This document shows, one piece after another, positions 37,007 to 52,004 of a stretch of 64,000 nt of DNA; position 1 is the first letter of the stretch, and each line of letters opens with the position of its first letter. The notes below the pieces were generated by a model that saw only the letters and a program-made list of their open reading frames with translations, had not been told where the DNA came from and did no database searches. The translations under genes were made by a program, and so were the position numbers. Location of the stretch: the NCBI GenBank assembly GCA_965228875.1, contig OZ245843.1:2648616-2712615 (forward strand), in the 5' to 3' direction. The DNA comes from Thalassobaculaceae bacterium (GTDB lineage Bacteria; Pseudomonadota; Alphaproteobacteria; Thalassobaculales; Thalassobaculaceae).

Positions 37007-38164
37007 TCAGTCTTCCTCGATGCCGGCGCGGGCGATCCGCACGTCGCGGTGGATCGAGACGCCGAGAAGCAGGCCGAGCCCGATCATCATCGTCAGCATC
37101 GCCGTGCCGCCGTAGCTGATCATCGGCAGCGGCACGCCGACGACGGGGATCAGCCCCATCACCATCGCGACATTGATGAACAGATACAGAAACAGCGTGG
37201 TGGTCACGCCGAGGGCGACGAGCCGGCCGAACTGGCTGCGCGCCCGGATGGCGATGGCGAAGCCGTAGGCCAGCACCAGCACGTAGAGCCCGATCAGGGC
37301 CGACGCCCCCACCATGCCGAACTCCTCGGCCAACATGGTGAAGATGAAATCGGTCTGCTTCTCCGGCAGGAAGTTCAGATGGCTCTGGCTGCCCATCAGG
37401 AACCCCTTCCCGAAGATGCCGCCGGAGCCCAGCGCGATCTTGGACTGCAGAATGTGATAGCCGGATCCGAGCGGGTCGCTTTCCGGATTGAGGAAGGTGA
37501 GGATGCGCTTCTGCTGGTATTCGCGCAGGAACTGCCAGACGATCGGCACCGCCGCGACGCCGGCGAAGATCAGCGTCAGGAACTTCCAGATCCGCACCCC
37601 GGCGAGGAAGAAGATCGCCCCCGATCCGGCGATCATCATGAGCGCGGTGCCGAGATCCGGCTGCTTCAGCACCAGAAGGGCCGGAAGTCCGACCATCAGC
37701 AGCGGCACCACCAGATTGAGCGGATTGCCGACCTCCTCGTAGGTCAGGCCGTTGAAGTAGCGCGCCAGGGCCAGCACCAGGGCGATCTTCATCACCTCCG
37801 ACGGCTGGAGCTGGAATACCCCGAGATCGATCCAGCGCTGTGCACCCATGCCGATCTCCCCCATGACCTCGACCAGGCCGAGGAGCACAAGCGCCACGAA
37901 GTAGCCGAGATAGGCGGTGCGCATCCAGAAGCGGATGTCGACCAGCGCGATCGCCAGCATGACCGTCAGCCCCACGGCGAACCGCAGGGCGTGACGATAG
38001 GCCCAGGGCATCCAGTCGCCGTTCGCCGCGGAGTACAGCATCAGGCAGCCGACGCCGGCGATCATCACGATCAGCAGCACCAGCAGCCAGTTCATCGACA
38101 CCAGCTTCTGGCCGATCGTCATCTCGGGCGGGTTCAGCCCGTCGGAGCGGAAGGAGATCGCCAT
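37007..38164 (-). CDS. rodA: Rod shape-determining protein RodA
   Basis: GAQRWI, QPSEVMK, KQPDLGT, GYHILQSKIALGSGG and LPEKQTDFIF. Confidence 0.96.
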   Translation of the reverse strand: MAISFRSDGLNPPEMTIGQKLVSMNWLLVLLIVMIAGVGCLMLYSAANGDWMPWAYRHALRFAVGLTVMLAIALVDIRFWMRTAYLGYFVALVLLGLVEVMGEIGMGAQRWIDLGVFQLQPSEVMKIALVLALARYFNGLTYEEVGNPLNLVVPLLMVGLPALLVLKQPDLGTALMMIAGSGAIFFLAGVRIWKFLTLIFAGVAAVPIVWQFLREYQQKRILTFLNPESDPLGSGYHILQSKIALGSGGIFGKGFLMGSQSHLNFLPEKQTDFIFTMLAEEFGMVGASALIGLYVLVLAYGFAIAIRARSQFGRLVALGVTTTLFLYLFINVAMVMGLIPVVGVPLPMISYGGTAMLTMMIGLGLLLGVSIHRDVRIARAGIEED

Positions 38165-40179
38165 CACTCGCTCCCGCGCGCCACGTCGCGCACCGCATCC
38201 ACTCCCGTGGCGGCGGCCGTCTGTCCCGGCGCCGGCGACCGCGGGTCGATCCGCAACGCCTCCCGCAGGACGTCGGCGGCGATCGGTGCGGCCATCGTCG
38301 ACCCGCCCCCGCCATGCTCGACGACCACCGACACGGCGTAGCGCGGGGCCTCGACCGGCCCGAATCCGACGAAGAGCGCATGATCGCGATAGCGCCACGG
38401 CTTCTCGTCCTTGTGGGTACCCGCCAGACGTTCGGCCATGGTGATCCGGCGCACCTGCGCCGTCCCGGTCTTGCCGGCGATCCGGACCTCGCCGTCGCCG
38501 CCGCGAACCTTCCGGGCGGTGCCGCGTTCGCCGTTCACCACCTCGGACATGGCGACGCGCACGGCCTCCAGATGACGGCTGTCGATCGCGAGGTCCTCGA
38601 TCGGCTCCGCAGGGCCGGCGCGGACCTCCAGACGCGGAGACACGGCCTTGCCGCCATTGACCAGGCGGGCGGTCATCACCGCCAGCTGCAGCGGCGTGCC
38701 GAGGGTGAACCCCTGCCCGATCGCGGCGACCAGCGTCTCGCCCATCTGCCAGGGAACGCCGCGTGTGGCGAGCTTCCACTCCCGGGTCGGGATCAGGCCC
38801 CGCCGTTCGCCCGGCAGATCGACGCCAGTCACGTCGCCCAGGCCGAACCGCCTCGCCATGGCCGAAATCCGGTCGATGCCGATCCGCTTCGCCAGTTCGT
38901 AGAAATAGACGTCGCAGCTCTCGGCAATCGCCTGCTTCATGTCGAGCCAGCCGTGCCCCGTCCCTTTCCAGCAGTGGAACCGGGTATCGCCGAGCTCGAG
39001 ATGGCCGGGGCAGTAGAACCGGGTGTCGGAACCGGCCAGCCCGGACTCCATCGCCGCCAGCATGACGATCATCTTGAAGGTCGATCCCGGCGGGTACTGT
39101 CCGCCGACCGCCTTGTTGTTGAGAGGCCCACGCGGATTGGCCAGCAGTTCCTCCCAGTCCTTCGCCGAGAGGCCGCGGTTGAACGGGTTCGGATCGTAGC
39201 CGGGAACCGACGCCAGGGCCCGCAGTTCGCCGGTATGCACGTCCATGACGACCACGGACCCGCTCTCCGCCTCGACGACCCGGCCGTCCTCATCGACCAG
39301 CACGGTGGGCCGGTCGGCATAGGCGTCGCGCAACGGCGGTTCGGCCTGGGACAGTGCGAGTTGCGCGCGCGGATCCTCGATCGGCAGCCGATCCGCCTTG
39401 CCGCGCGACAGCCGTTCGGTGGCGAAGCGCTGCAGGTTGATGTCGAGCGTGAGCCGGATGTCCCGTCCCGGCTCCCCCTCCTCGCCGGGGAGCTTGCGGA
39501 TGATCCGGCCGAGCGCGTTGACCTCGACCTGGCGGCGGCCCGCGGTGCCGCGCATCTCCAGATCGTGCAGCTTCTCCACACCGCTCTTGCCGATGCGGAA
39601 GTCCGGAAGCTCCAGGACCGGATCGCCGGTCAGTTCGCTCTCCGATACGGCGGCGACGTAGCCGGTGATGTGAACCGCGGTATCCGCGAAGGGATAGCGC
39701 CGGGACCGCCCGACCTCGATGCGGATACCCGGGAGGTACGGCGCGTTCACCGCGACCCGCGCGATCTCCTCGCGGGTCAGGTTCTCGACCACAGTGACCG
39801 GCACGAAGGCGCGTTTGCGCTTCACCTCCTTCATCACCCGTCGCACGTCCCAATCCGGCACGTCGATGATCGAGCGCAGGGCCGACAGGGTCGCCGCCAC
39901 GTCGTCGGTCTGCTCGCGCACGATCTCGACACGGAAGTTGTCCTGGTTGTCGGCCAGGGCCACGCCGTTGCGGTCGAGGATGCGACCGCGGGTCGGCGGC
40001 AGAAGCTCCAGGTTGAACTGGTTGTCGCGCGACAGCAGCTCGTACCGGTCGGCCTCGACGACCTGCAGGTAGTACAGCCGGGCGCCGAGGGCGCCGATCA
40101 GGCCGAGCTTGCCGCCGGCCAGCACCAGGGCCCGACGGGTGAAGACCTTCTGGACGTCCTGTTCGCTCGCCTTGAGCAT
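38164..40179 (-). CDS. mrdA: Penicillin-binding protein 2
   Basis: RGRILDRNG, YPPGSTFK (SxxK), SCDVYFY, AGKTGTAQ; located in the mre operon. Confidence 0.96.
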   Translation of the reverse strand: MLKASEQDVQKVFTRRALVLAGGKLGLIGALGARLYYLQVVEADRYELLSRDNQFNLELLPPTRGRILDRNGVALADNQDNFRVEIVREQTDDVAATLSALRSIIDVPDWDVRRVMKEVKRKRAFVPVTVVENLTREEIARVAVNAPYLPGIRIEVGRSRRYPFADTAVHITGYVAAVSESELTGDPVLELPDFRIGKSGVEKLHDLEMRGTAGRRQVEVNALGRIIRKLPGEEGEPGRDIRLTLDINLQRFATERLSRGKADRLPIEDPRAQLALSQAEPPLRDAYADRPTVLVDEDGRVVEAESGSVVVMDVHTGELRALASVPGYDPNPFNRGLSAKDWEELLANPRGPLNNKAVGGQYPPGSTFKMIVMLAAMESGLAGSDTRFYCPGHLELGDTRFHCWKGTGHGWLDMKQAIAESCDVYFYELAKRIGIDRISAMARRFGLGDVTGVDLPGERRGLIPTREWKLATRGVPWQMGETLVAAIGQGFTLGTPLQLAVMTARLVNGGKAVSPRLEVRAGPAEPIEDLAIDSRHLEAVRVAMSEVVNGERGTARKVRGGDGEVRIAGKTGTAQVRRITMAERLAGTHKDEKPWRYRDHALFVGFGPVEAPRYAVSVVVEHGGGGSTMAAPIAADVLREALRIDPRSPAPGQTAAATGVDAVRDVARGSE

Positions 40180-40185
40180 GGCGGC

Positions 40186-40698
40186 CTACCGGACCACGTA
40201 GCGGTGGACCCGCACGAACACCCAGGCCACCACCGGGAAGCCGAGCACCGTCACCAGGTACTGGAAGAAGGCCGGTTCCGGGCCGATCACCCGAAACTGC
40301 AGCGCCGACATCATCCCCCAGGCCAGCACCGCGATCGGCAGTTGGATCACCACGAAGCCGAGCCAGGTCAGCAGGAACGGCTTGGTGACCAGCGCCCGGC
40401 GCTGGGACAGGGCCAACGCGTGCAGCAGCAGCAGGCTGACGGCGGTCAGCCCCAGTGGCGTGCCGGTCAGGATGTCCTGCAGCACGCCGATCAGGAACAG
40501 GGCGGAGGCGGGCTGCAGGTCGGGACGGAACACCGCCCAGTAGAACGTCGCCATCGCCGTGTAGCCCGGCACCACCGCGGCGTAGCCGGGAATGCCGACG
40601 GTGACCACCGACAGCACCGCCAGCACCGCCGTCAGGGCCATCGGCGTCGCCTGGCGCAGCCAGAGGTCGAGGCGCTGGGTCGCCGTCGGGCGCATCAT
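40186..40698 (-). CDS. mreD: Rod shape-determining protein MreD
   Basis: FYWAVFRP and FLIGVLQDILTGTPLG; between mreC and mrdA. Confidence 0.9.
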   Translation of the reverse strand: MMRPTATQRLDLWLRQATPMALTAVLAVLSVVTVGIPGYAAVVPGYTAMATFYWAVFRPDLQPASALFLIGVLQDILTGTPLGLTAVSLLLLHALALSQRRALVTKPFLLTWLGFVVIQLPIAVLAWGMMSALQFRVIGPEPAFFQYLVTVLGFPVVAWVFVRVHRYVVR

Positions 40699-41615
40699 TG
40701 CCGCGTCCCGGCCGTCCGTGGCGCGGCGGTCGAGCCCATGACCGAGAACGGCGGAAGGTTGGCGCTCTCGGGCAGGACGACGCCGTCGGTGCCGGTCATC
40801 AGCAGGCGGACATACTCTAGCCGCTCCCAATCGACGAACGGCGTGATGCGGATCGCGCCGTCGGTGATGGTTGTCACCATGCCGACGGCGAGCCCCGGCG
40901 GGAACACGCCGCCATGTCCGGAGGTGACGATCCGATCGCCGGGAACGACCTGGGCGTTCTGCGGCAGGTAGACGAGGCGGGGCGCCCGGGTGTTGTCGCC
41001 GGCCAGCACCGCCGGATCCCGCGTCCGCTCGACCACCACCGGGATCTGCGAGTTCAGGTCGGTGATCAGCAGCACCCGGCTGTACTCGTCGCCGACCTCG
41101 ACCACGCCGCCGACAAGGCCCTCGCCACTGACCGCGGCATTGCCGAGCGCGACGCCGTGGCGCTCGCCGGCGGTGATCATCACGCTGCGCACGAAGGCTC
41201 CGCCGCCGTCGGCGATCACCCGCGCGCTGACGAACTCGACATCCCGGGGCGGCACGAAGTTGGTGAGCGCCCGCAGGGCCCGGTTCTCCGCCTCCAGCCG
41301 CCGGGCGACATGCTGCCAGCGCTCGAGCCGGTCGTTCTCGACCGCCAGCCTGGCATTCTCCGCCCGCAGGTAGCGAAGGTCGCGGACGTTATCCATCATG
41401 TCCGACACCGCCTCGGCGGGACGGGCCACGACCTCGATCACCGGCGCCAGCGCGTCGAGAACGACGACGCGGGCGCGCTCGACCAGGAGCACGTCGGCCT
41501 TGCCCATCAGCATCAGCCCGAAAGCGGCGGCGATCAGCGTCGCGAAGGCAAACCGGCTCCACAGCGAGCGCACGGGCTGCGCCACATTGCTGAACGATCC
41601 GGGTCGCTTCGCCAT
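40695..41615 (-). CDS. mreC: Rod shape-determining protein MreC
   Basis: LRAENARL, ARVIAD, GLVG.V, VLLITD and VTSGHGGVFPPGL. Confidence 0.95.
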   Translation of the reverse strand: MAKRPGSFSNVAQPVRSLWSRFAFATLIAAAFGLMLMGKADVLLVERARVVVLDALAPVIEVVARPAEAVSDMMDNVRDLRYLRAENARLAVENDRLERWQHVARRLEAENRALRALTNFVPPRDVEFVSARVIADGGGAFVRSVMITAGERHGVALGNAAVSGEGLVGGVVEVGDEYSRVLLITDLNSQIPVVVERTRDPAVLAGDNTRAPRLVYLPQNAQVVPGDRIVTSGHGGVFPPGLAVGMVTTITDGAIRITPFVDWERLEYVRLLMTGTDGVVLPESANLPPFSVMGSTAAPRTAGTRQ

Positions 41616-41673
41616 GGTCGCCGATCACCTCACGGAACGACGCAAACGCCGATCTCGGTCACATTGCCTGCGG

Positions 41674-42723
<1,050 letters not shown>

Positions 42724-42965
42724 TCAGTCCCGTTCGATGTTGCGGCACATCCCATGTCCCCACGGCGGCCGGCGATTTCGAATCCCTGCATGGCCGACGC
42801 CCGCATGGCGCGCGGCCCGACTCCTGTTCAGCGTGTCGACGCGTCAGCCCCGCATTCTGGGTCTCGCGTGCGTCGTCCCGTCCGCTTTGCGCTGCTCCGA
42901 TACGCTATATCTAGAACAGTATCAGGATTCGCAGACGGTTACAAAGCGCCGTTGGCGGCGATTCG

Positions 42966-43928
42966 CTACAAAATCTCCCCCGATTCCGGCGAAAGAACGG
43001 CAGCCGGGCCGGGCGGCAGCGCGAGCCGTTCGACCGGCCGCGCGAGCGCCGCGAAGCGGGAGAAGGCGGCGCTGTCGCGCACCGGGCCCGCCGGCGAACG
43101 GAAGGCCGCGAACGCTTCGGCGATCTCCCGGCGATCCGCCGGTCCGGCGCGCGCCACGCCGAGTTCGGGGTCCAGTCCCTGGCGCCGAAGCGCCGCCAGA
43201 GCGGCCTCGGTCATCCAGTCGGGCATCCGGTCGCCGCCATCGCGCAGCCCGTCCCAATAGTCCTCGGCCGGCCGGAACCCGCCGAGGATCGCGTGCGCCA
43301 TCAGCGGCCTCTGGGTCGGCGCAAGGCGAAGCTCGTTGTCGGTCCAGACCAGCAGCGGGAAGATCGGAAACAGCGCCGGGATCAGCGTGTTCGTGTAGAC
43401 CGGCGCGTTCCAGTAGTGGGCGACCACCGCGGCGAAATGGCCAGGCGTACGCAGCGGACGCATGCCGGACTCGGTCAGCGGCAGGATCTCCACCTTCGGC
43501 TTCGTGACATCGACGGTGTCATTGGCCGCGTCGACATACAGCGAGCCGAGTTGGATCGCGTTCTGCAGGTATACGCCGCGCAGGTCGCCCCAGAGCGGCT
43601 TGACCAGGCCGCCGGCCCGGATGAAGTCGGCGACCGGGTGGCGTCGGGTCGCGCCCGTGCCCGACATTTCCCGCCGCAGACGCGCCAGGACATCGTTCCG
43701 GATCTCCCGGCAGTAGCCCTCCGGATACGCCTTGGCGCCCGTCCAGTCGCGCCGTCCCGCCGCCACGTCGGCGTCGGTCTCGGCCCGCAGCGCCAGGAAG
43801 AACCGTTCCACCGCCTCCAGATGCGGCTTCAGGAACCGTTCCGTCAGGGTGCGCTGACGACGGTTCGGCTCGCGCGGTTCGCACGCGTCGATCCATCCTG
43901 TCAGCATCGTCTTCAGGGCGGCATCCAT
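42966..43928 (-). CDS. Hypothetical protein
   Basis: 320-aa ORF with YPEGYCREI and WGDLRGVYLQNAIQLGSLYVDAANDTV. Confidence 0.7.
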   Translation of the reverse strand: MDAALKTMLTGWIDACEPREPNRRQRTLTERFLKPHLEAVERFFLALRAETDADVAAGRRDWTGAKAYPEGYCREIRNDVLARLRREMSGTGATRRHPVADFIRAGGLVKPLWGDLRGVYLQNAIQLGSLYVDAANDTVDVTKPKVEILPLTESGMRPLRTPGHFAAVVAHYWNAPVYTNTLIPALFPIFPLLVWTDNELRLAPTQRPLMAHAILGGFRPAEDYWDGLRDGGDRMPDWMTEAALAALRRQGLDPELGVARAGPADRREIAEAFAAFRSPAGPVRDSAAFSRFAALARPVERLALPPGPAAVLSPESGEIL

Positions 43929-43949
43929 GGCCCAACCCTACCCCGTGAA

Positions 43950-43982
43950 CGAAATGCGGCGCCGGAGGATCCGGCGCCGCAT
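43950..43982 (-). terminator. Probable terminator after ilvC
   Basis: atgcggcgccgga-gga-tccggcgccgcat perfect hairpin just downstream of the ilvC stop. Confidence 0.6.
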
Positions 43983-44006
43983 CGGGTTTCGATCCGCGAC
44001 CGCGCC

Positions 44007-45708
<1,702 letters not shown>

Positions 45709-45832
45709 GTCTGGTCTCCGAAAGGCGGGCGGCGGCGCGGAAACGCGGTTCGGCGTCCGGCGCCCTGTCAGGGTTTGGCTGGGACGGCGCGGCGACGCGG
45801 CCGGCGGCGGATACCGGCGGCCGCGGTTGCCG

Positions 45833-47644
<1,812 letters not shown>

Positions 47645-47773
47645 CGTTCCGCTCCTTCACTGTTGCGATCTCGGTTTCGGCACCGGACGCACCCGGCCGC
47701 CGAGGGGGATCAGGGTTGATAAAGACGCGTGCGGCGCGGGGACTTCCCGCGCCGGCCGCCGGAACCTAGTCGC

Positions 47774-48739
47774 TCAGGAATCGGGCGTCAACACGAAGCT
47801 GCGAATTTCCGAAAAGATTTCCGCGAACCTGCTTTTCGAATATTGCGCATCGATCCGGATATCAGACACGAACTGATGGCGAAACCAGGTCCTCTGGCGC
47901 TTGGCATACTGCCGGGTGGCGATGACCGCCATTTCGACCGCTGCCTCGAGCGTCTTCTTTCCTTCCATGTAATCAATGAGTTGCGGAACGCCGATCGCCC
48001 GCATCGCCGGCAGGGAACGGTCGAGGCCCAGCGCGGCGAGGTGCCGCACCTCCTCCAGCGCGCCCTGCTCGATCATTCGGCGGAAGCGCGCATCCACCGC
48101 CTCGGCGGAGACCGGGCGCGGCGGGAACAGAAGGACCCGCCGCCAGAGCAGGTCGTCGCGTCCGCCGGTCGGTTCCGCCTGCCAGTCCGACAGCGCCCGC
48201 CCGGTCGCCCGCGCGACCGCCCAGGCCCTTTGCAGACGCTGGGAGTCGCCGGGTTCGAGCCGCCCGCCGAGCACCGGATCGAGGTCCAGAACCTCCTCCC
48301 GGAAGGCCTCGCCGCCGATTGCCGCGTAGCGCGCGATCGCCGCCGCCACCATCTCGGGCGGCACCGGGGGAACGTCGGCCAGGCCGTGGATCAGGGCGTT
48401 CAGGTAGAGCCCCGTTCCGCCGCACAGGATCGGCGTCCGGCCCTCGGCCAGCGCCCGGTCGATCTCGGCCGACGCGGCGTCGCGCCACCACGCCGCCGAC
48501 CCACGCTCGGCCGCCGGCAGAACGCCGAACAGCCGGTGCGGCGCCCGCGCCTCGTCCCACGGGTCCGGCCGATCGGTCAGGATCCACAGCTCGCGGTAGA
48601 CCTGCATGCTGTCGGCGTTGATGACCACGCCGCCCAGCGCCTCGGCAAGATCGATGGCAAGCGCGGTCTTGCCGCTGGCGGTCGGCCCGGCGATGACCAG
48701 GACGGTTTTCTCCGGCAGATGGGTCGCGGCGCTGGACAT
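47774..48739 (-). CDS. miaA: tRNA dimethylallyltransferase
   Basis: GPTASGKT, NADSMQVY, GGTGLY and TRQYAKRQRTWF. Confidence 0.96.
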   Translation of the reverse strand: MSSAATHLPEKTVLVIAGPTASGKTALAIDLAEALGGVVINADSMQVYRELWILTDRPDPWDEARAPHRLFGVLPAAERGSAAWWRDAASAEIDRALAEGRTPILCGGTGLYLNALIHGLADVPPVPPEMVAAAIARYAAIGGEAFREEVLDLDPVLGGRLEPGDSQRLQRAWAVARATGRALSDWQAEPTGGRDDLLWRRVLLFPPRPVSAEAVDARFRRMIEQGALEEVRHLAALGLDRSLPAMRAIGVPQLIDYMEGKKTLEAAVEMAVIATRQYAKRQRTWFRHQFVSDIRIDAQYSKSRFAEIFSEIRSFVLTPDS

Positions 48740-48768
48740 CGTTCGGCGCTACGCGATAAGTCCGCGCC

Positions 48769-49662
48769 ATGCAACAGGTTCTGACACTCTGCGCCGCCCC
48801 CGGTGCGCTCGCCGCCGACCGTCTCGCCATCGCCGTCCGCCTGCTGGTCGAGGCCGGCGCGCAGGTCGGCGACCCGGCCTGGCTGGCCCCGGACGAGGCC
48901 GCCGACATTCCCTACACCGCCGGCGACCCGGACGCGGTCCTCGCCCGGATCCGCGACGCGCTGGCCGAGGCGCCCGTCGACGTGAATGCGGGTCCGACCG
49001 AGAACCGGCGCAAGCGCCTGCTGATCGCCGACATGGACAGCACCATCATCGTCGGCGAGTCGCTCGACGAACTGGCCGAACATGCCGGGATCGGCGAGAG
49101 GATCTCCGCGATCACCGCCCGGGCGATGCGCGGCGAACTGGACTTCGAGGGCGCGCTGAAGGAACGGGTCGGCATGCTCAAGGGCCTGCCCGCGGAAACC
49201 ATCGACACGGTCGTGCGCGGTCTGACGCTCACCGCGGGCGCGGCCGAGCTGGTGGCGACGATGAAGGCCGCCGGCGCCTACTGCGCGCTGGTGTCAGGCG
49301 GGTTCAAGCCGATGACCGGTGCGATCCGCCAGCGGGTCGGCTTCGACGAGGACCGCTCGAACACCCTGCACCTGGCCGACGGCGTGCTCACCGGCACCGT
49401 CGGCGAGCCGATCCTCGGCCGCGACGCCAAGCTGGCGACCCTGAGAGAGCTCTGCGCCGCACGGGGGATCGCGCCGGATGCCGCGGTCGCGGTGGGCGAC
49501 GGGGCCAACGACCTGGCGATGCTGGGGGCGGCGGGCATGGGCGTGGCCTTCCGGGCCAAGCCGGCGGTTCGCGAAGCCGCCCGGTACCGCATCGACCACG
49601 CGGATCTGCGCGGCCTCCTCTATCTCCAGGGGTACTCGGCGGCGGAAATCGCCGCGCTCTGA
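48769..49662 (+). CDS. serB: Phosphoserine phosphatase
   Basis: DMDSTII, AMRGELDF, VSGGF and GDGANDL. Confidence 0.95.
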   Translation: MQQVLTLCAAPGALAADRLAIAVRLLVEAGAQVGDPAWLAPDEAADIPYTAGDPDAVLARIRDALAEAPVDVNAGPTENRRKRLLIADMDSTIIVGESLDELAEHAGIGERISAITARAMRGELDFEGALKERVGMLKGLPAETIDTVVRGLTLTAGAAELVATMKAAGAYCALVSGGFKPMTGAIRQRVGFDEDRSNTLHLADGVLTGTVGEPILGRDAKLATLRELCAARGIAPDAAVAVGDGANDLAMLGAAGMGVAFRAKPAVREAARYRIDHADLRGLLYLQGYSAAEIAAL

Positions 49663-49665
49663 CGC

Positions 49666-50133
49666 CTACTGCGGATAGCGGGCCAGCGGCAAACCGCGGT
49701 TCAGCCATCCGGGCGCGTCGCCGGTCTCGTCGACCCGACCAAACATGCCTTCCTTGACGTTGAAGACCTGCGTGAAGCCGGCCTCCGTCAACCAGGCCTG
49801 GGCCCGCGTCGATCGCACGCCAGTCGTGGCGATGGTCGCGATCGGCCGGCTGCGGTCGCCGCCGACCGCTTCCAGCGCATCGGCGATGAAGGCCTCCCTG
49901 CCGCCGGGCTGATGGATGCTGGCGCCGCGCGCGCCCATCGGCATGCCGGTCTCCCGCCATTCCCGTTCGGTTCGCACGTCGACGATCCGTATCTCGCCGC
50001 GGCTCGCAAGGTCGTACGCCTCGGTCGCGGACAGGCGGCCGCCGCTCGGCGCGAGGACCCGTGCGGCCACGAAGCCGCCGGACGCGATGAGAACGACGAC
50101 GAGCGAGGTCAGGAGGAGGCGCCGGCTGATCAT
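49666..50133 (-). CDS. Membrane-anchored/exported rhodanese-like protein
   Basis: VDVRTEREW, TGVRS and GFTQVFNVKEGM; no Cys in the protein. Confidence 0.8.
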   Translation of the reverse strand: MISRRLLLTSLVVVLIASGGFVAARVLAPSGGRLSATEAYDLASRGEIRIVDVRTEREWRETGMPMGARGASIHQPGGREAFIADALEAVGGDRSRPIATIATTGVRSTRAQAWLTEAGFTQVFNVKEGMFGRVDETGDAPGWLNRGLPLARYPQ

Positions 50134-50200
50134 GCGGGCAGCCTACCGGATTTCCCCGGCGACGCGAGGGGGATTCTCCGGATCGAGAAATGCCGCGCGC

Positions 50201-50238
50201 AAACAGGAACGGCGCCGGTTCACATGGAACCGGCGCCG
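50201..50238 (-). terminator. Terminator after the DegP-family gene
   Basis: ggcgccggttc-acatg-gaaccggcgcc hairpin followed on the minus strand by gttcctgttt. Confidence 0.6.
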
Positions 50239-50277
50239 CCTCCTCGCTCCGCGATAAGGGCCTGGGGGGCGGGGGGA

Positions 50278-51807
50278 TCAGCCCTTGTCGATACGGAGCG
50301 GGATAAACCGCTGTTCACCCTGTCTGTTGACCAGGAGCAGGATGGTTTTCTTCCCGTTGGAACGATGATTTTCGACCAGCCGGCGCACATCCTCGAGCGA
50401 GCGGACTTCGTCCTGGGCGACTTCGACGATCACGTCGCCCTCCCGCACTCCCTTGTCGGCGGCATCGACCGTGTCATCCACCTCGGTGACCACGACACCG
50501 TCGATCTCCTCACCGATCGCATATTGCTCACGCAATTGCGGCGTAAGAGTGGCGAGCGAGAGGCCGAGCGAGTCGACCCGCCCCTCATCCGAGGGGCCCG
50601 GCGTCGCCGAAGTGTTCAACAGCCGCGCCTCCTCGGCCTGTTCCAGCTCGCCGAGGGTCGCCATCACCGTGACCGCGGCCCCGTCGCGCCAGACCTCGAC
50701 CGGCACCTCGCGGCCGACCCGGGTCTCGGCGACGATGCGCGGCAGGCTGCGCATCTCGTCGACCTCCTGGCCGTTGAAGCCGGTGATGACGTCGCCCGGC
50801 TGGATGCCAGCCGCCTCGGCCGGACCTTCCGGCGTCACGTCGGCCACCAGGGCGCCGCGGGCGGTATCGAGGCCGAGCGACTCGGCGATCTCCGGGCTGA
50901 CCTGCTGGATGCGGACGCCAAGCCATCCGCGCCGCGTGCGTCCGAACTCCCGCAGTTGCTCGACCACGCCGGTCGCGAGATCGGAGGCGATCGCGAAGCC
51001 GATCCCGACCGAGCCGCCGGTCTGCGAGAAGATGGCGGTGTTGATGCCCACCACCTCGCCGTCGAGGTTGAACAGCGGACCGCCGGAATTTCCCCGGTTG
51101 ATCGAGGCGTCGGTCTGGATGAAATCGTCATACGGACCCTGGCCGATGTCGCGGCCGCGGGCCGACACGATTCCGGCCGTCACCGTACCGCCGAGGCCGA
51201 ACGGATTTCCGATCGCCACGACCCAGTCGCCGACCCGCAGACCGCTCGAATCGCCGAAGCGCACGAACGGAAGTTCCCGGTCGCCGGGATCGATCGACAG
51301 GACGGCGACGTCGGTCTTCGGATCCTTGCCGATCAGCGTCGCCTCGTACTCGGTGTCGTCCTGCAGGCGGACCTTGATCTCGTCCGCATCGGCGATGACG
51401 TGGTTATTGGTCACCACGATGCCCAGCGGGTCGACGATGAAGCCGGATCCCAGGGATTGGGCCGAGCGCGGACGCTGCGGTCGCTGCCCCTGGTTGCGCT
51501 CGAAGAAATCGCGAAAGAACTCCTCGAACGGCGAGCCCGGCGGAAACTGCGGCATGTCCGGCATGCGCGAGGCGTCGACGGTCTGCGTGGTGGCGATGTT
51601 AACCACCGCGGGCAGCAGACGTTCCGCCAGATCGGCGAAACTCTCCGGCGGCGCCTTGGCACCGGCCGGCGAGGCCAGCACGAGGCCCAAGGCCATGATC
51701 GCTGCGGCGGCACCCGCCATCGCCACGCGATACAGGCCGGCCGCCGCGTCGTCCCGGTCGACAGCGGAGCGTGCGCGCGCCCTGGAGGCCGCATTGGAAG
51801 TGGTCAT
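50278..51807 (-). CDS. degP: DegP/DegQ (Do) family serine protease with two PDZ domains
   Basis: SLGSGFI, TNNHV, TDVAVL, QTDASINRGNSGGPL and RGWLGV; start uncertain. Confidence 0.93.
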   Translation of the reverse strand: MTTSNAASRARARSAVDRDDAAAGLYRVAMAGAAAAIMALGLVLASPAGAKAPPESFADLAERLLPAVVNIATTQTVDASRMPDMPQFPPGSPFEEFFRDFFERNQGQRPQRPRSAQSLGSGFIVDPLGIVVTNNHVIADADEIKVRLQDDTEYEATLIGKDPKTDVAVLSIDPGDRELPFVRFGDSSGLRVGDWVVAIGNPFGLGGTVTAGIVSARGRDIGQGPYDDFIQTDASINRGNSGGPLFNLDGEVVGINTAIFSQTGGSVGIGFAIASDLATGVVEQLREFGRTRRGWLGVRIQQVSPEIAESLGLDTARGALVADVTPEGPAEAAGIQPGDVITGFNGQEVDEMRSLPRIVAETRVGREVPVEVWRDGAAVTVMATLGELEQAEEARLLNTSATPGPSDEGRVDSLGLSLATLTPQLREQYAIGEEIDGVVVTEVDDTVDAADKGVREGDVIVEVAQDEVRSLEDVRRLVENHRSNGKKTILLLVNRQGEQRFIPLRIDKG

Positions 51808-52004
51808 CAGGCCCATCTTTCGTCTTGTCCCTCGCATCTCGAAACGACATCCGATGACAGCATCGCGGGTATCGCACCCTCGCACAACAGGTGGGCTCTC
51901 GACGGCGACAGTCAACGGTAGGCGTGCCCCCGTCCTGCCCCCGTTGCGTGCCCCTGATCGGGATATGGTGCTGATTGAACGCGCACACGCTCACATTCCG
52001 GCGA

